Shown one piece after another: positions 28,855 to 38,375 of a stretch of 64,000 nucleotides of DNA; the stretch's first letter is position 1, and each line of letters starts with the position of its first letter. The translations under genes were made by a program, and so were the position numbers. Origin of the DNA: Myxococcota bacterium (GTDB taxonomy: Bacteria; Myxococcota_A; UBA9160; UBA6930); assembly GCA_965223705.1 (NCBI GenBank), contig OZ245015.1, forward strand, positions 3,456,001 to 3,520,000. Direction: 5' to 3'. The notes under the pieces are model-generated. The model was not told where the DNA came from, did not search any database, and saw nothing but the letters and a program-made list of their open reading frames with translations.

Positions 28855-29832
28855 ATGCGTCTCGGTTACCAAATTCCGAACTTCACTTACCCGGGCATTC
28901 CGCAGGATCGGATTTTCGAGACTGTGGTGGCACAGGCTCGCGCGGCGGAGCGCGCCGGTTTCGACCGCGTCTTCGTCATGGACCACTTCTACCAACTCCC
29001 CCGGCTAGGCGAGCCCGACGAGGCCATGTTCGAGTGTTATGCGCTCCTCGCGGCTCTGGCCCAACATACCTCGACGGTGCGCCTTTCTGCACTCGTCACG
29101 GGCAACACCTATCGCAACCCGGCGCTTCTGGCGAAAACGATCACGACCCTCGACCACGTATCGGGTGGCCGCGCCACACTCGGGATCGGTGCGGGATGGT
29201 TCGAGCAGGAACACGAAGCGCTGGGGTTTCGGTTCGGCACCTTTGCAGAGCGGTTTGAGAAGCTCGAGGAAGCGCTGCAGATCATCGTGCCGATGCTTCG
29301 CGGAGAACGCCCGAGCCTCGCCGGCAAACACTACGAAGTGACAGAAGCGATCAACCAGCCGGCTCCCGTTTCGCGCATCCCGGTCATGATCGGTGGCGGC
29401 GGAGAGAAGAAGACGCTCCGGATGGTCGCCCAGTACGCCGACGAGTCCAATCTCATCTGCGACAACGGCGACGTGCCGCGGAAACTCGACGTGCTCGCCG
29501 AGCACTGCGAACGACTGGGGCGGGACCGTTCCGAAATCGCCGTCACGAAGCTCGTGCTCGTCGTCGTGGCGCCCACAATGGAGGACGCACAAGCCGATAT
29601 CGCCGAGACGGCTGCCGCCAAGGGCTGGTCTCCCAAGCAATTTGAGGAGCGTCTGCGGCTGCGTGACGATGTTGTGATCGGTGACCCAGATACCGTGGGA
29701 GAAGTGATGCAGCGGCTCGCGGGCTTCGGGCTCGATGGGGTGACCGCGGATCTACCCGCCAACGCGCACCGACCGGAGCGCATCGCGCTCCTCGGCGAAG
29801 TCGCTTCCAAGGCGTTTCCCGCCCGCAGCTAG
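28855..29832 (+). CDS. LLM class probable F420-dependent oxidoreductase (Rv1855c-like)
   Basis: MDHFYQLP, VTGNTYRNPALLAK, GAGWFEQEH and GGGGEKKTLR. Confidence 0.88.
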   Translation: MRLGYQIPNFTYPGIPQDRIFETVVAQARAAERAGFDRVFVMDHFYQLPRLGEPDEAMFECYALLAALAQHTSTVRLSALVTGNTYRNPALLAKTITTLDHVSGGRATLGIGAGWFEQEHEALGFRFGTFAERFEKLEEALQIIVPMLRGERPSLAGKHYEVTEAINQPAPVSRIPVMIGGGGEKKTLRMVAQYADESNLICDNGDVPRKLDVLAEHCERLGRDRSEIAVTKLVLVVVAPTMEDAQADIAETAAAKGWSPKQFEERLRLRDDVVIGDPDTVGEVMQRLAGFGLDGVTADLPANAHRPERIALLGEVASKAFPARS

Positions 29833-29868
29833 GATGGAAACGGTATATTCGCGATAGGAGTTCACGCG

Positions 29869-30519
29869 ATGTCCCTCAAAGAAAAACTCGATCAGATCCG
29901 GGCGGGAGCCGCCAAAATGATTCCCGCAGACAAGCTCGCGATCATGCACGAAGTAACCGCCGAGCAGCAGGCCAGCGGGCTTGCGGATCGCGCAATCGCC
30001 GTCGGTGCGACGCTTCCACCCTTCGAACTCGCGAACCAGCATGGTGACACGGTCCGAAGTGCCGAGCTTCTCGCAACCGGCCCGCTGGTCCTGACCATCT
30101 ACCGGGGTGTTTGGTGACCCTACTGCAATGCGGAGCTGGAAGCTCTGCAGGCGGTGCTTGACCGGATCCGACAACTCGGTGCGAACTTGGTCGCCATTTC
30201 TCCTTCGACCCGAGAGAACGCTGCGGCCATCGCCGACAAGACGAACGTCGGTTTCGACATTCTCTGCGACCCCGGCAACCGGTACGCCGAGCAACTCGGG
30301 CTCGCCTTTGCACTTCCGGATCGGTTGCGCGAGGTGTACGACGGCTTCGGCATTAATCTTCCGAAGTTCAACGGCGATTCGAGTTGGACGCTGCCCGTGC
30401 CCGCTCGCTTTGTCGTCGACCGTGACGGGGTCGTCCGTTACTCGGAAGCCGATGCCGACTACACGGTACGCCCTGAGCCGGAAGAAACCGTCGCGGCATT
30501 GCAGGCCGTCGTCGGTTAG
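29869..30519 (+). CDS. Peroxiredoxin-like (AhpC/TSA, PRX_like2) selenoprotein, Sec at codon 83 (TGA 30115-30117)
   Basis: ORFs 29869-30117 and 30154-30519 are in one frame. Read-through gives 216 aa with YRGVW-U-PYCN in place of the family motif YRGxWCPYCN. A hairpin follows the TGA. Confidence 0.88.
30121..30156 (+). promoter_or_regulatory. Putative bacterial SECIS element
   Basis: TACTGC-AA-TGCGGAGCT-GGA-AGCTCTGCA-G-GCGGTG gives a lower stem, an internal loop, a 9 bp upper stem and a G-containing apical loop about 20 nt after the UGA. Confidence 0.7.
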
Positions 30520-30545
30520 CTACTGGAACGCCACAGGAGGACAAC

Positions 30546-30857
30546 ATGCATTTTCTGGTTCGCGCCAAGATCAAGAAGCCCCGCGACGTCTCGAACAAAG
30601 AGTTCTACGGGGTTTGGCAGCGTGAGAGCGTCGCCGGACGCCAGCTCGCCGAGCAAGGGTTGCCGATCTACAAGGTGGCGGGAAAGTACGAAGTCGTCTT
30701 CATCATCGAGGTTGGTTCCGAATCAGAACTCGACGAAGCCTTCCACTCCCTGCCGATCTGGCAGGAGGGCTTCCAGGATATGGTCGAGCTCGAGGTCGAA
30801 GCACTTCGACCGTACGCCGAGTGGGGCAAGCAACTCGACAAGCTCGCGGCGGGCTAG
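30546..30857 (+). CDS. Muconolactone delta-isomerase family protein
   Basis: MHFLV start, YKVAGKY, ELDEAFHSLP and VEAL pattern, 103 aa, AGGAGG RBS. Confidence 0.75.
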   Translation: MHFLVRAKIKKPRDVSNKEFYGVWQRESVAGRQLAEQGLPIYKVAGKYEVVFIIEVGSESELDEAFHSLPIWQEGFQDMVELEVEALRPYAEWGKQLDKLAAG

Positions 30858-30871
30858 CCCGAGAAAGCGGG

Positions 30872-32422
30872 TCAGACGATCCGCGAATTCTGGACGCCCC
30901 AGTAGCGGTCGCGAAGCAGGCGCTTGTAAAGCTTCCCGGTCGGAAGACGCGGCAGCTCCGCTTCGAAGTCGATCGAGCGGGGGCATTTGTACGAAGCCAG
31001 GTGTCCGCGGGCAAAGGCGATCAGTGCCTCCTCGAGTTCGGGTGAACCCGTCACCCCGTCGACCGGCTGAACGACCGCCTTCACTTCCTCTCCGAACTCC
31101 TCGTTCGGTACACCGAACACCGCGACGTCGACGACCTGGGGATGCGTGATCAGGATGTTCTCGATCTCGGCCGGGTAGATATTCACTCCGCCCGAAATGA
31201 TCATGTAGGTCTTCCGGTCGGTCAGGTAGAGATAGCCGTCTTCGTCGAGGTAGCCGACGTCCCCGAGCGCGGACCAATTCGGATGTTCGGGGTGTTGGGC
31301 CTCCCGCGTCTTTTCCGGCGCGTTGTGGTACTCGAACGGCATCTGCGGCAGTTCGAAATACACGACGCCGGTCTCCCGCGGCGGGAGCTCCTTGCCTTCG
31401 TCATCGCAAATATGGAGCGTGCCGAAAACAGCCCGGCCAACGGATCCTTTGTGCTCGAGCCATTCCTCGGAGTTGAGGAAGGTCAGCCCATTGAACTCCG
31501 TCCCTCCGTAATACTCGGTGAGGATCGGGCCCCACCAATCGATCATGTCCTGCTTCACGCGCTCGGGACAAGGCGCCGCCGCATGGACGGCGTTGCGAAG
31601 GCTGCTGGTGTCGAAGCGCGCCCGCTCGGCCTCCGGGAGTTTCAGCATGCGAGAGAACATCGTCGGCACGAACTGGGCGTGTGTGCAGCGATGGCGCTCG
31701 ATGGCGTCGAGGGAACGTGCCGCGTCGAACGACTCCATGACAACGACCGTGCCCCCGACGCTCTGGACAAACGTGGTAAAGGCCAATGGCGCCGAGTGAT
31801 AGAGAGGAGCCGGAGAGAGGTAAACCGTGCTTTCGTCGAACGCGAAAAGCCCTCGAAAAAAATCTCGCGCCGGATCGGGGTCGTCGACACTCGCACCGGT
31901 GAGCGGGCGCAAGATGCCCTTGGGCCGTCCAGTCGTGCCCGAGCTGTAGAGCATCGTCGCGCCTCGAGGTCGCTCGGGCAGTGGCTCGGTCGGTAGGCCC
32001 GCGATGGCCTCCTCGAAGGACTCGAACCCGGGAGTAACCGCATCCACCATCAAGCGATGAGCGCAGTTGGGAACACCGGCAAGCATCTCGCCCGCCGCGT
32101 CAGCAAGCGCACTCGAGGTCACGACGACGTCGGCACCGCAATCGTCCACGATGTAGGCCGCCTCTTCACCTGTCAGATAGCGATTGACCGTCGTCAGGTA
32201 GAGCCCCGATCGAATCGCAGCCCAGTAGACCTCAAAGTATCGCGGGTGGTTTTCCATGAAGAGCGCGACGTGATCGCCGGGTCGCAACCCGCGCTGCCAG
32301 AAGAGCTGGGCCGTTTGATTCGCTCGGTCGTCGAGTTCTCTGTAGGTCGTGGTCGTGCCGCGACCCGCCATCACAACTGCCAGCTTGTCGGGTGAGCTCT
32401 GGGCGTAGGTTCCAGGGTGCAT
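30872..32422 (-). CDS. Acyl-CoA synthetase (AMP-forming)
   Basis: YSSGTTGRPKG, YYGGTE, GD, IISGGVNIYPAEIE and TGKL. Confidence 0.95.
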   Translation of the reverse strand: MHPGTYAQSSPDKLAVVMAGRGTTTTYRELDDRANQTAQLFWQRGLRPGDHVALFMENHPRYFEVYWAAIRSGLYLTTVNRYLTGEEAAYIVDDCGADVVVTSSALADAAGEMLAGVPNCAHRLMVDAVTPGFESFEEAIAGLPTEPLPERPRGATMLYSSGTTGRPKGILRPLTGASVDDPDPARDFFRGLFAFDESTVYLSPAPLYHSAPLAFTTFVQSVGGTVVVMESFDAARSLDAIERHRCTHAQFVPTMFSRMLKLPEAERARFDTSSLRNAVHAAAPCPERVKQDMIDWWGPILTEYYGGTEFNGLTFLNSEEWLEHKGSVGRAVFGTLHICDDEGKELPPRETGVVYFELPQMPFEYHNAPEKTREAQHPEHPNWSALGDVGYLDEDGYLYLTDRKTYMIISGGVNIYPAEIENILITHPQVVDVAVFGVPNEEFGEEVKAVVQPVDGVTGSPELEEALIAFARGHLASYKCPRSIDFEAELPRLPTGKLYKRLLRDRYWGVQNSRIV

Positions 32423-32449
32423 TTTTCCTCCCGGGCGGTGCCCCCGGGC

Positions 32450-33409
32450 TCAGCTCGGCCGAGGCAGCCCCACCCACTCGCGACTCCGATCATAGAGTGC
32501 TTCCGCGAGTTTGGCGTCGTGTGCGTGCGGGTTGGGGGAACGCATGGGCCATCCACCCGGGCGATCCTGTTTTTCCGGGTAGAGGATGCTGTGCTGGCTG
32601 AAGTAAGCGCCGCTGTGCTTCGGTGCTTCGTCGTCGAGCAGACAGTGGAGCGTGGTCTGGGCCCCTTCATCTGGTGAGATGATCGCGAGAAGGCCGCTAA
32701 ACGGCCGCATCAAGACGTTCTGGACCCACGTCGGAGCCGTGTGTTGAATCAGGTTCGAGCGCACCCAACCGGGGTGAACGGAAAACGCGGAAACCCCCGT
32801 GCCCTCTAGACGTCGCGCCAGTTCGCTCGCGTGCAGAACATTCGCCAGCTTGGACTGACAATAGGCAGCCGTTTTGTCGTAGGGTCGCCGCTCGAAATGG
32901 GGATCTTCGAGATCGATCTCGCCCGCCTGCTTGCTCATCCCGACGTGCGCGACACTCGACACGCAGACGATGCGAGCGGGAGCGCTCGCGTTCAGACGAT
33001 CCAGCAGGAGCTCCGTGAGAAGGAAATGCCCGAGGTGGTTCACGCCGAACTGCGTTTCGAACCCATCGGCCGTCTTGCCTTCCGGACAGGCCATGATACC
33101 CGCGTTGTTCACCAGCCCATCGAGCCGGTCGTATGGAGCGAGAAACTCGCTCGCGAATTTTCTCACGGACGCGAGATCGCCGAGATCGAGTGCCATCACC
33201 GAAATCGATCCTCGAAGCTCGCCCAAGTCCTTGATCGCTTCCTCCCCAGAGGCGACGCGCCTACATCCGGAAACGACGGTCGCCCCCTGACGAGCGAGCT
33301 GAGCGGCCGTAGCGAGGCCTACCCCCGAATTGGCTCCGGTGACCACGTAGACTCGACCCGTGAGATCTTTCTCGAGCAATGCAGGGTCACAAGTGCGTGT
33401 CGTTAGCAT
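32450..33409 (-). CDS. SDR oxidoreductase (retinol dehydrogenase/WWOX-like)
   Basis: TGANSGVG, NNAG, NHLGHF, YCQSK and HPG. Confidence 0.93.
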   Translation of the reverse strand: MLTTRTCDPALLEKDLTGRVYVVTGANSGVGLATAAQLARQGATVVSGCRRVASGEEAIKDLGELRGSISVMALDLGDLASVRKFASEFLAPYDRLDGLVNNAGIMACPEGKTADGFETQFGVNHLGHFLLTELLLDRLNASAPARIVCVSSVAHVGMSKQAGEIDLEDPHFERRPYDKTAAYCQSKLANVLHASELARRLEGTGVSAFSVHPGWVRSNLIQHTAPTWVQNVLMRPFSGLLAIISPDEGAQTTLHCLLDDEAPKHSGAYFSQHSILYPEKQDRPGGWPMRSPNPHAHDAKLAEALYDRSREWVGLPRPS

Positions 33410-33511
33410 GGACGACTCCCCGGCGTTCGCGGTTGCTGAGGGATATCGCGAGGCCCTACGGGTTGGTCACGTTAAGATAAGCTGGTTCGCCAGTTTTTTG
33501 CGAGGCCCAGC

Positions 33512-34741
33512 ATGACCGATCTGTTCACGAACCCTCACCGCTTCGGCGATCTCGACGGCTGGCGCCGGGCCGCCCTCGATCTTCACGCGAGGGGCCCGAT
33601 TCATCGGGTCGAAGAAGACGGCTTCGTGCCGTTCTGGGCGGTCATCGATCTCGAGGAACTTCGTGAGGTCGAACGCCAGGCGGACCTCTTCACGAACCGA
33701 CCCGAACCGGTGCTTGCCCGTACCGCGGATCGCGAAGCACAACTCGCGCAGGGTGGGCAGGTCAAGTCGCTGATCCACATGGACGACCCCGAGCACCGCA
33801 AGTATCGAAGCCTCACGAACGATTGGTTCAAGCCGGCGAGTATCCGGCGCATGGCGGACGACATCGATGCCTTGAGCGTCGAAGCTCTCGCGACGCTCGA
33901 ACGATTCGGAGGCGAGTGCGACTTCGCCAAGGAGATCGCCCTGCCCTACCCGCTGCAGGTGATCTTGAAAATCCTCGGCTTGCCCGAAGAGGACTACGGG
34001 CGGATGTTGGTGCTGACGCAACAACTCTTCGGTGCCGACGACCCCGATCTTCAACGAGAGTCCTTGGGCCCCGAGAAGCTCGCCGACGTTATCGCCGATT
34101 TCTACCGTTACTTCGCCGCACTGACGAAGGAGCGCCGGGCGAATCCTACAGACGATCTCGCAACGCTGATCGCGAACGGGAAGATCGACGGCGAGGACAT
34201 GCCCGAGCTCGAGCAGATGGGCTACTACCTGATCGTCGCGACGGCAGGGCACGACACGACGTCGAGCGCGATGGCCGGCGGGCTCCACGCGTTGGCAGAA
34301 CATCCCGCGGAGCTCGAGAAGCTGCGTGCCGATCCCGAGCTGCTACCCAACGCCATCGAAGAGATCATCCGCTGGACAAGCCCCGTCCGGCATTTCCTCC
34401 GGACCGCCACCCGAGACACAGAAATCGCGGGACAACCGATCCGAGAAGGCGACCGCATCTACCTCTCCTACCTCGCTGCGAACCTCGACCCCAAGGTTTT
34501 CAAGGATCCGCTGCGCTTTGACGTCGCGCGGGACGACGCCGACCGCCAGATCGCGTTCGGCTACGGCGTTCACTTCTGTCTGGGGTCTCACTTGGCGCGC
34601 ATGGAGCTGCGCTCGTTGTTCGGGCATCTCGTGCCGCGCCTCGCATCTCTAGAGGTCGCCGGACCGGCGCCCGCCTCCAAGACGCCGTTCGTCGGTGGCC
34701 TGAAGAGCCTGCCGATTCGATATCGGCTCGAAACGGCTTAG
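33512..34741 (+). CDS. Cytochrome P450
   Basis: AGHDTT, EEIIR and FGYGVHFCLG. Confidence 0.96.
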   Translation: MTDLFTNPHRFGDLDGWRRAALDLHARGPIHRVEEDGFVPFWAVIDLEELREVERQADLFTNRPEPVLARTADREAQLAQGGQVKSLIHMDDPEHRKYRSLTNDWFKPASIRRMADDIDALSVEALATLERFGGECDFAKEIALPYPLQVILKILGLPEEDYGRMLVLTQQLFGADDPDLQRESLGPEKLADVIADFYRYFAALTKERRANPTDDLATLIANGKIDGEDMPELEQMGYYLIVATAGHDTTSSAMAGGLHALAEHPAELEKLRADPELLPNAIEEIIRWTSPVRHFLRTATRDTEIAGQPIREGDRIYLSYLAANLDPKVFKDPLRFDVARDDADRQIAFGYGVHFCLGSHLARMELRSLFGHLVPRLASLEVAGPAPASKTPFVGGLKSLPIRYRLETA

Positions 34742-34755
34742 CGCCTGAGGACGCT

Positions 34756-35248
34756 CTAGGTCGCGTACTTCGAGAGAATTTCTGTGACCGCCGCAGGGGC
34801 CTCGATCTTGCCGGGGTGGTACCACGGAGTCAGCGTCCGCAGATAGCGTGGAACGACATTCGGCATCAGCGGAATGTACGGCGCGCGTGAGGGCGCACCC
34901 AACTCCGAGAGCAAGCACGTCGAGAACCGGTGGCCGCCCACGAGGTGCTCATAGGCTTCGAAGGTCACGGTCCGATGCTCGACCTCTTCCGCCAAGTGCC
35001 ATTCGAAAAGCCGCCGAAAATCCGGGGTGCACGTCTCGGGCATGTCGACCGCGAAACAGGTGAGCGCCATGGCCGACGTCATTGCCTCGAACCCCTCGCC
35101 GTACCCAATATTGAGCCGAAGCGACTTCTCCGCGGTGAAGCGTTGGTAGTCGGCTTCCAGATCTTCTTCGGTACTCCCCCGGGATGATCTCGAGGCCCCG
35201 ATTGTCGGCGAAGTCGAAGCGCAGCTTTCGGACCGTGATGTCGGCCAT
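34756..35248 (-). pseudogene. Metal-dependent hydrolase pseudogene with internal deletion(s) and frameshift
   Basis: MADITVRKLRFDF start, then a frame switch to EEDLEADYQRF...YGEGFEAMT...WHLAEEVEHR...PWYHP. Only about 490 nt, much shorter than the family norm. Confidence 0.75.
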
Positions 35249-35346
35249 GTTTCGGACCTCTGTGACGGAGGTTAGCATCCGCGGCGAACGGCTCCGCTAG
35301 GGGTTGCTACCCTGTATGGAACGATCACAAAAGGCAGAGTGAGACA

Positions 35347-35895
35347 ATGAGACCGGAAGAATGCGTCCTGTTCAGTGGTGCCGCCATCGGTGCCGAAGCT
35401 TGCTTCGGCGCCGCCGCCGAACGATTCGGCATCGAAGAGGTCAACTACACGTTCGAAGGACACAAGGACGCGCGGTCCCGCGGCCTCCGCGTTCTGACCC
35501 AAGCTGAGCTTCTGCAAGGCGACGTCAGTCTGCGCTATGTCAGCAACCTGATGCATCGCAAGTACCGCGATACGCCGCTGTTCAAGAAGGTTCTCCAGAG
35601 TATCTGGCACGAGATCAATAGCGGGCAGGAGATCTACGTCGTCGGAACGATTCTACAAGACGGCACCGTTCGCGGCGGCACGGGCTGGGGCGCAGAGTTC
35701 GCCAAACTCTGCAACAAGCCGCTCTTTGTCTTCGATCAGTCCAAGAACGCGTGGTTTCACTGGACGGAGCAAGACTGGGCGCCCGTCGAGTCGCCGCGGG
35801 TAGAGCACCCGCACTTCACCGGGACCGGCACCCGCTTCCTCGAAGCCAACGGCGAGAACGCCATCGCAGATCTCTTCGAAAGAAGCTTCGGCTAG
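35347..35895 (+). CDS. Conserved hypothetical protein, possible SLOG (nucleotide-binding Rossmannoid) fold
   Basis: LFSGAAIGAE...F, VRGGTGWG and KPLFVFDQ resemble SLOG motifs. Clean codon usage. Confidence 0.6.
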   Translation: MRPEECVLFSGAAIGAEACFGAAAERFGIEEVNYTFEGHKDARSRGLRVLTQAELLQGDVSLRYVSNLMHRKYRDTPLFKKVLQSIWHEINSGQEIYVVGTILQDGTVRGGTGWGAEFAKLCNKPLFVFDQSKNAWFHWTEQDWAPVESPRVEHPHFTGTGTRFLEANGENAIADLFERSFG

Positions 35896-35913
35896 GCCGG
35901 GTACCCGTCGGCT

Positions 35914-36456
35914 GTGTCCCATCTCGCTCTCTTCCCAACGCCGCTCGGCGACTGCGGTATCGCGTGGCGTGACAATGCGGTCGTCGCGACACAGCTGCCC
36001 GAAAAAACTTCTGCCGCGACGGCTGCGCGATTGGCGGCGCGAACCGGTGCTTCCGACGGGGAGCCCCCGCCCGAGATCGGACGCGCGATCGCGTCGATCA
36101 CCGCGTTGCTCGAAGGGCAACAGGCCGACCTCACCGAGATCGCCTGCGACTTCCGCGGAGTGGACTCGTTCGCGGCCGAGGTCTACGCGGCCACGCGCTG
36201 CATTCCCGCCGGCGAGACGCGGACTTACGGTGCGATCGCTTTACAACTCGGCGGCAAGCAGCTGGCGCGAGACGTCGGCAGAGCCCTCGGTCGCAATCCT
36301 TTGCCCATCATTGTTCCGTGCCATCGCGTGGTGGGCGCGAACGACAAGCTCACGGGCTTTTCGGCGTACGGCGGCATCGAGACAAAACGGAAGATGCTCT
36401 CAATCGAAGGTGCGCCGATCGGCGGCGCGCAGGGGCAGCTCTTCGGTGATCTCTAG
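35914..36456 (+). CDS. ogt: Methylated-DNA-protein-cysteine methyltransferase
   Basis: IPAGETRTYG and NPLPIIVPCHRV active site. Confidence 0.93.
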   Translation: MSHLALFPTPLGDCGIAWRDNAVVATQLPEKTSAATAARLAARTGASDGEPPPEIGRAIASITALLEGQQADLTEIACDFRGVDSFAAEVYAATRCIPAGETRTYGAIALQLGGKQLARDVGRALGRNPLPIIVPCHRVVGANDKLTGFSAYGGIETKRKMLSIEGAPIGGAQGQLFGDL

Positions 36457-37049
36457 CGCCGGGATCGCGCCGTAGAACGCCGAACCGTTCGGGTCACGAC
36501 CCACTTGTGCTTTCCGATCTGCCGCGAGCGCTTGAAGCCCAGACGCTCAAACGTCGACAGAGCGCCATTGAAGAGGAACGCGGGCGAGGCTTTCCGGCCC
36601 TCGATGTTCTCCGGGTAACCCTCGATCCGCCCGCCGCCGAGCTTCCTGATTTGATCGATTGCACCTTCGAGCGCGGCCGACGCCACACCTTTGCCCCGAT
36701 ACCCTTTGCCCGAGAAGAAGCACGTGATCCGCCAGTCGGGAAGCTTCGGATCGATCGACAGGTAGGCGCGCTGATTGTGAATTCGCGGAAGCTCTTCGGG
36801 CGAACCGAACTGGCACCAACCGACACAATCCTTGCCATCGAAAACAAGCGACGCATGAGCTCGCCCTTCTCGAACAAGGCACTGCTTCGCTTTGCGCTTG
36901 ACCGCTGGGGCGTCGTCGTCCGCGCTTTCGCCCTTTCCGTGGTACCACATGCACCAGCACCCGCCCCAAACACCGTTGTTCGCGTCGACCAGACGCGCGA
37001 AGTCACGCCAGGTCTTCGCACTGAGTGGCTTGGTCGCGTATTGCGTCAC
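36453..37049 (-). CDS. GNAT family N-acetyltransferase
   Basis: GGCWCMW, VGWCQ, WRITCFF, YRGKGVA and FERLGF. GTG start overlaps the P450 stop. Confidence 0.85.
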   Translation of the reverse strand: MTQYATKPLSAKTWRDFARLVDANNGVWGGCWCMWYHGKGESADDDAPAVKRKAKQCLVREGRAHASLVFDGKDCVGWCQFGSPEELPRIHNQRAYLSIDPKLPDWRITCFFSGKGYRGKGVASAALEGAIDQIRKLGGGRIEGYPENIEGRKASPAFLFNGALSTFERLGFKRSRQIGKHKWVVTRTVRRSTARSRR

Positions 37050-38260
37050 GGGCGTTCCCGATCCATTTTGGGGCCCGGTCGGAAACGAACGGGTATTCGG
37101 GTCGGACCGCTGATGAAGTTCGACGCGAGCCACGCCACCTCTCCATCGAGCTCGATGTCGTGCATGCGGCGAAGGATCTCATCGAAGAGAGCATCGATTT
37201 CGATCCGCGCCACATGGGAACCGAGGCAGAAATGCGTGCCGTACCCGAACGCCACATGAGGGTTCGGGTCGCGGCCTAGATCGAGACGGCCGGCGCTGTC
37301 AAACGCACCGGGGTCGCGGTTCGCCGCACCGTAGTAGAGGACGACCTTGTCGCCGGCCTTGAGCTGCGTGTCGTGGAACACGACGTCTCGCGTCGCCGTC
37401 CTTCGCATGTACACCACAGGGCTTTGCCAGCGAAGCAGCTCCTCCCGTGCCGCCGGCCACGCCTCGGGTTCTCTTCGCAACCGATCGAGCTCACCGGGAT
37501 TCTGCAGGAGCGTCAGCAGTGCACCCCCGACGAGATTCCTCGTGGTGTCGCCACCAGCGTCCACCAACAGCGCGAAGAACAGCTGAAACTCCGGATCGGT
37601 CAACTTCCTCCCGTCGACCTCGGCCGCGAGAAGTCGAGAAGCGAGATCCGAGCCAGGGTGCGATCGCTTCTCTTGAGCGACCCGGAGGCCGTAGTCGGTG
37701 AGCGCCTGCGCCGCTCTCATCTGGGCGCCTTCGGGAAGGGTCTCGGGCGCGGCGTGGACCTGCTCGGTGTACTCGTACAGCTTACGACCGTCCTCGAGCG
37801 GCAGCCCCATCAGCTCGGCGATCACGTAGGAAGGCAGCTCGCCCGCGACCTCGGACACGAATTCGCATTCGCCTCTTTCGATGACTTCGTCGACGATCTG
37901 CGTTGCGAGTTCGGCGATTCGCGGCCGCATACCTCGCGCGGGCTGCGGTTTGAAAGCGTCGCTGACGAGTTTGCGAAACGCTGTGTGTTTGGGCGGATCC
38001 ATGGTCAGCATCATCTGGCCAGCACTCTCACTCAGCAGCGAACCGGGTTCGGGATCCGGAATGAGGATGCTCGGCTCCGAGGAGAAGTCGCCGGCGTTCC
38101 GACTGATGGCGCGCACGTCGTCGTACCGTGTGACGGCATAGAACCCGGCGCCGCCGGGCTCGTGGTGTCGGTAGAACGGTGCGTTCGCGCGAAGCCAATC
38201 GAACTGATCGTGGGGCTGCCCGCCGTCGAAGCTCGCCGGAGAGAGGAGGTCGATTTCCAT
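37046..38260 (-). CDS. Cytochrome P450 (CYP124/125/142-like)
   Basis: AGGDTT, EELLRW and FGYGTHFCLG. Confidence 0.95.
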   Translation of the reverse strand: MEIDLLSPASFDGGQPHDQFDWLRANAPFYRHHEPGGAGFYAVTRYDDVRAISRNAGDFSSEPSILIPDPEPGSLLSESAGQMMLTMDPPKHTAFRKLVSDAFKPQPARGMRPRIAELATQIVDEVIERGECEFVSEVAGELPSYVIAELMGLPLEDGRKLYEYTEQVHAAPETLPEGAQMRAAQALTDYGLRVAQEKRSHPGSDLASRLLAAEVDGRKLTDPEFQLFFALLVDAGGDTTRNLVGGALLTLLQNPGELDRLRREPEAWPAAREELLRWQSPVVYMRRTATRDVVFHDTQLKAGDKVVLYYGAANRDPGAFDSAGRLDLGRDPNPHVAFGYGTHFCLGSHVARIEIDALFDEILRRMHDIELDGEVAWLASNFISGPTRIPVRFRPGPKMDRERP

Positions 38261-38375
38261 GCGGGCTATCAAGCACCAAGGAGCACTCGGATGTCAATCG
38301 AAGCAGTAGCTGCGCGAAGTCGCCCAAAAGTGCCAAACTGTGGCGGTGAGCCAACCGGAGAATAGGAGACGCCCG

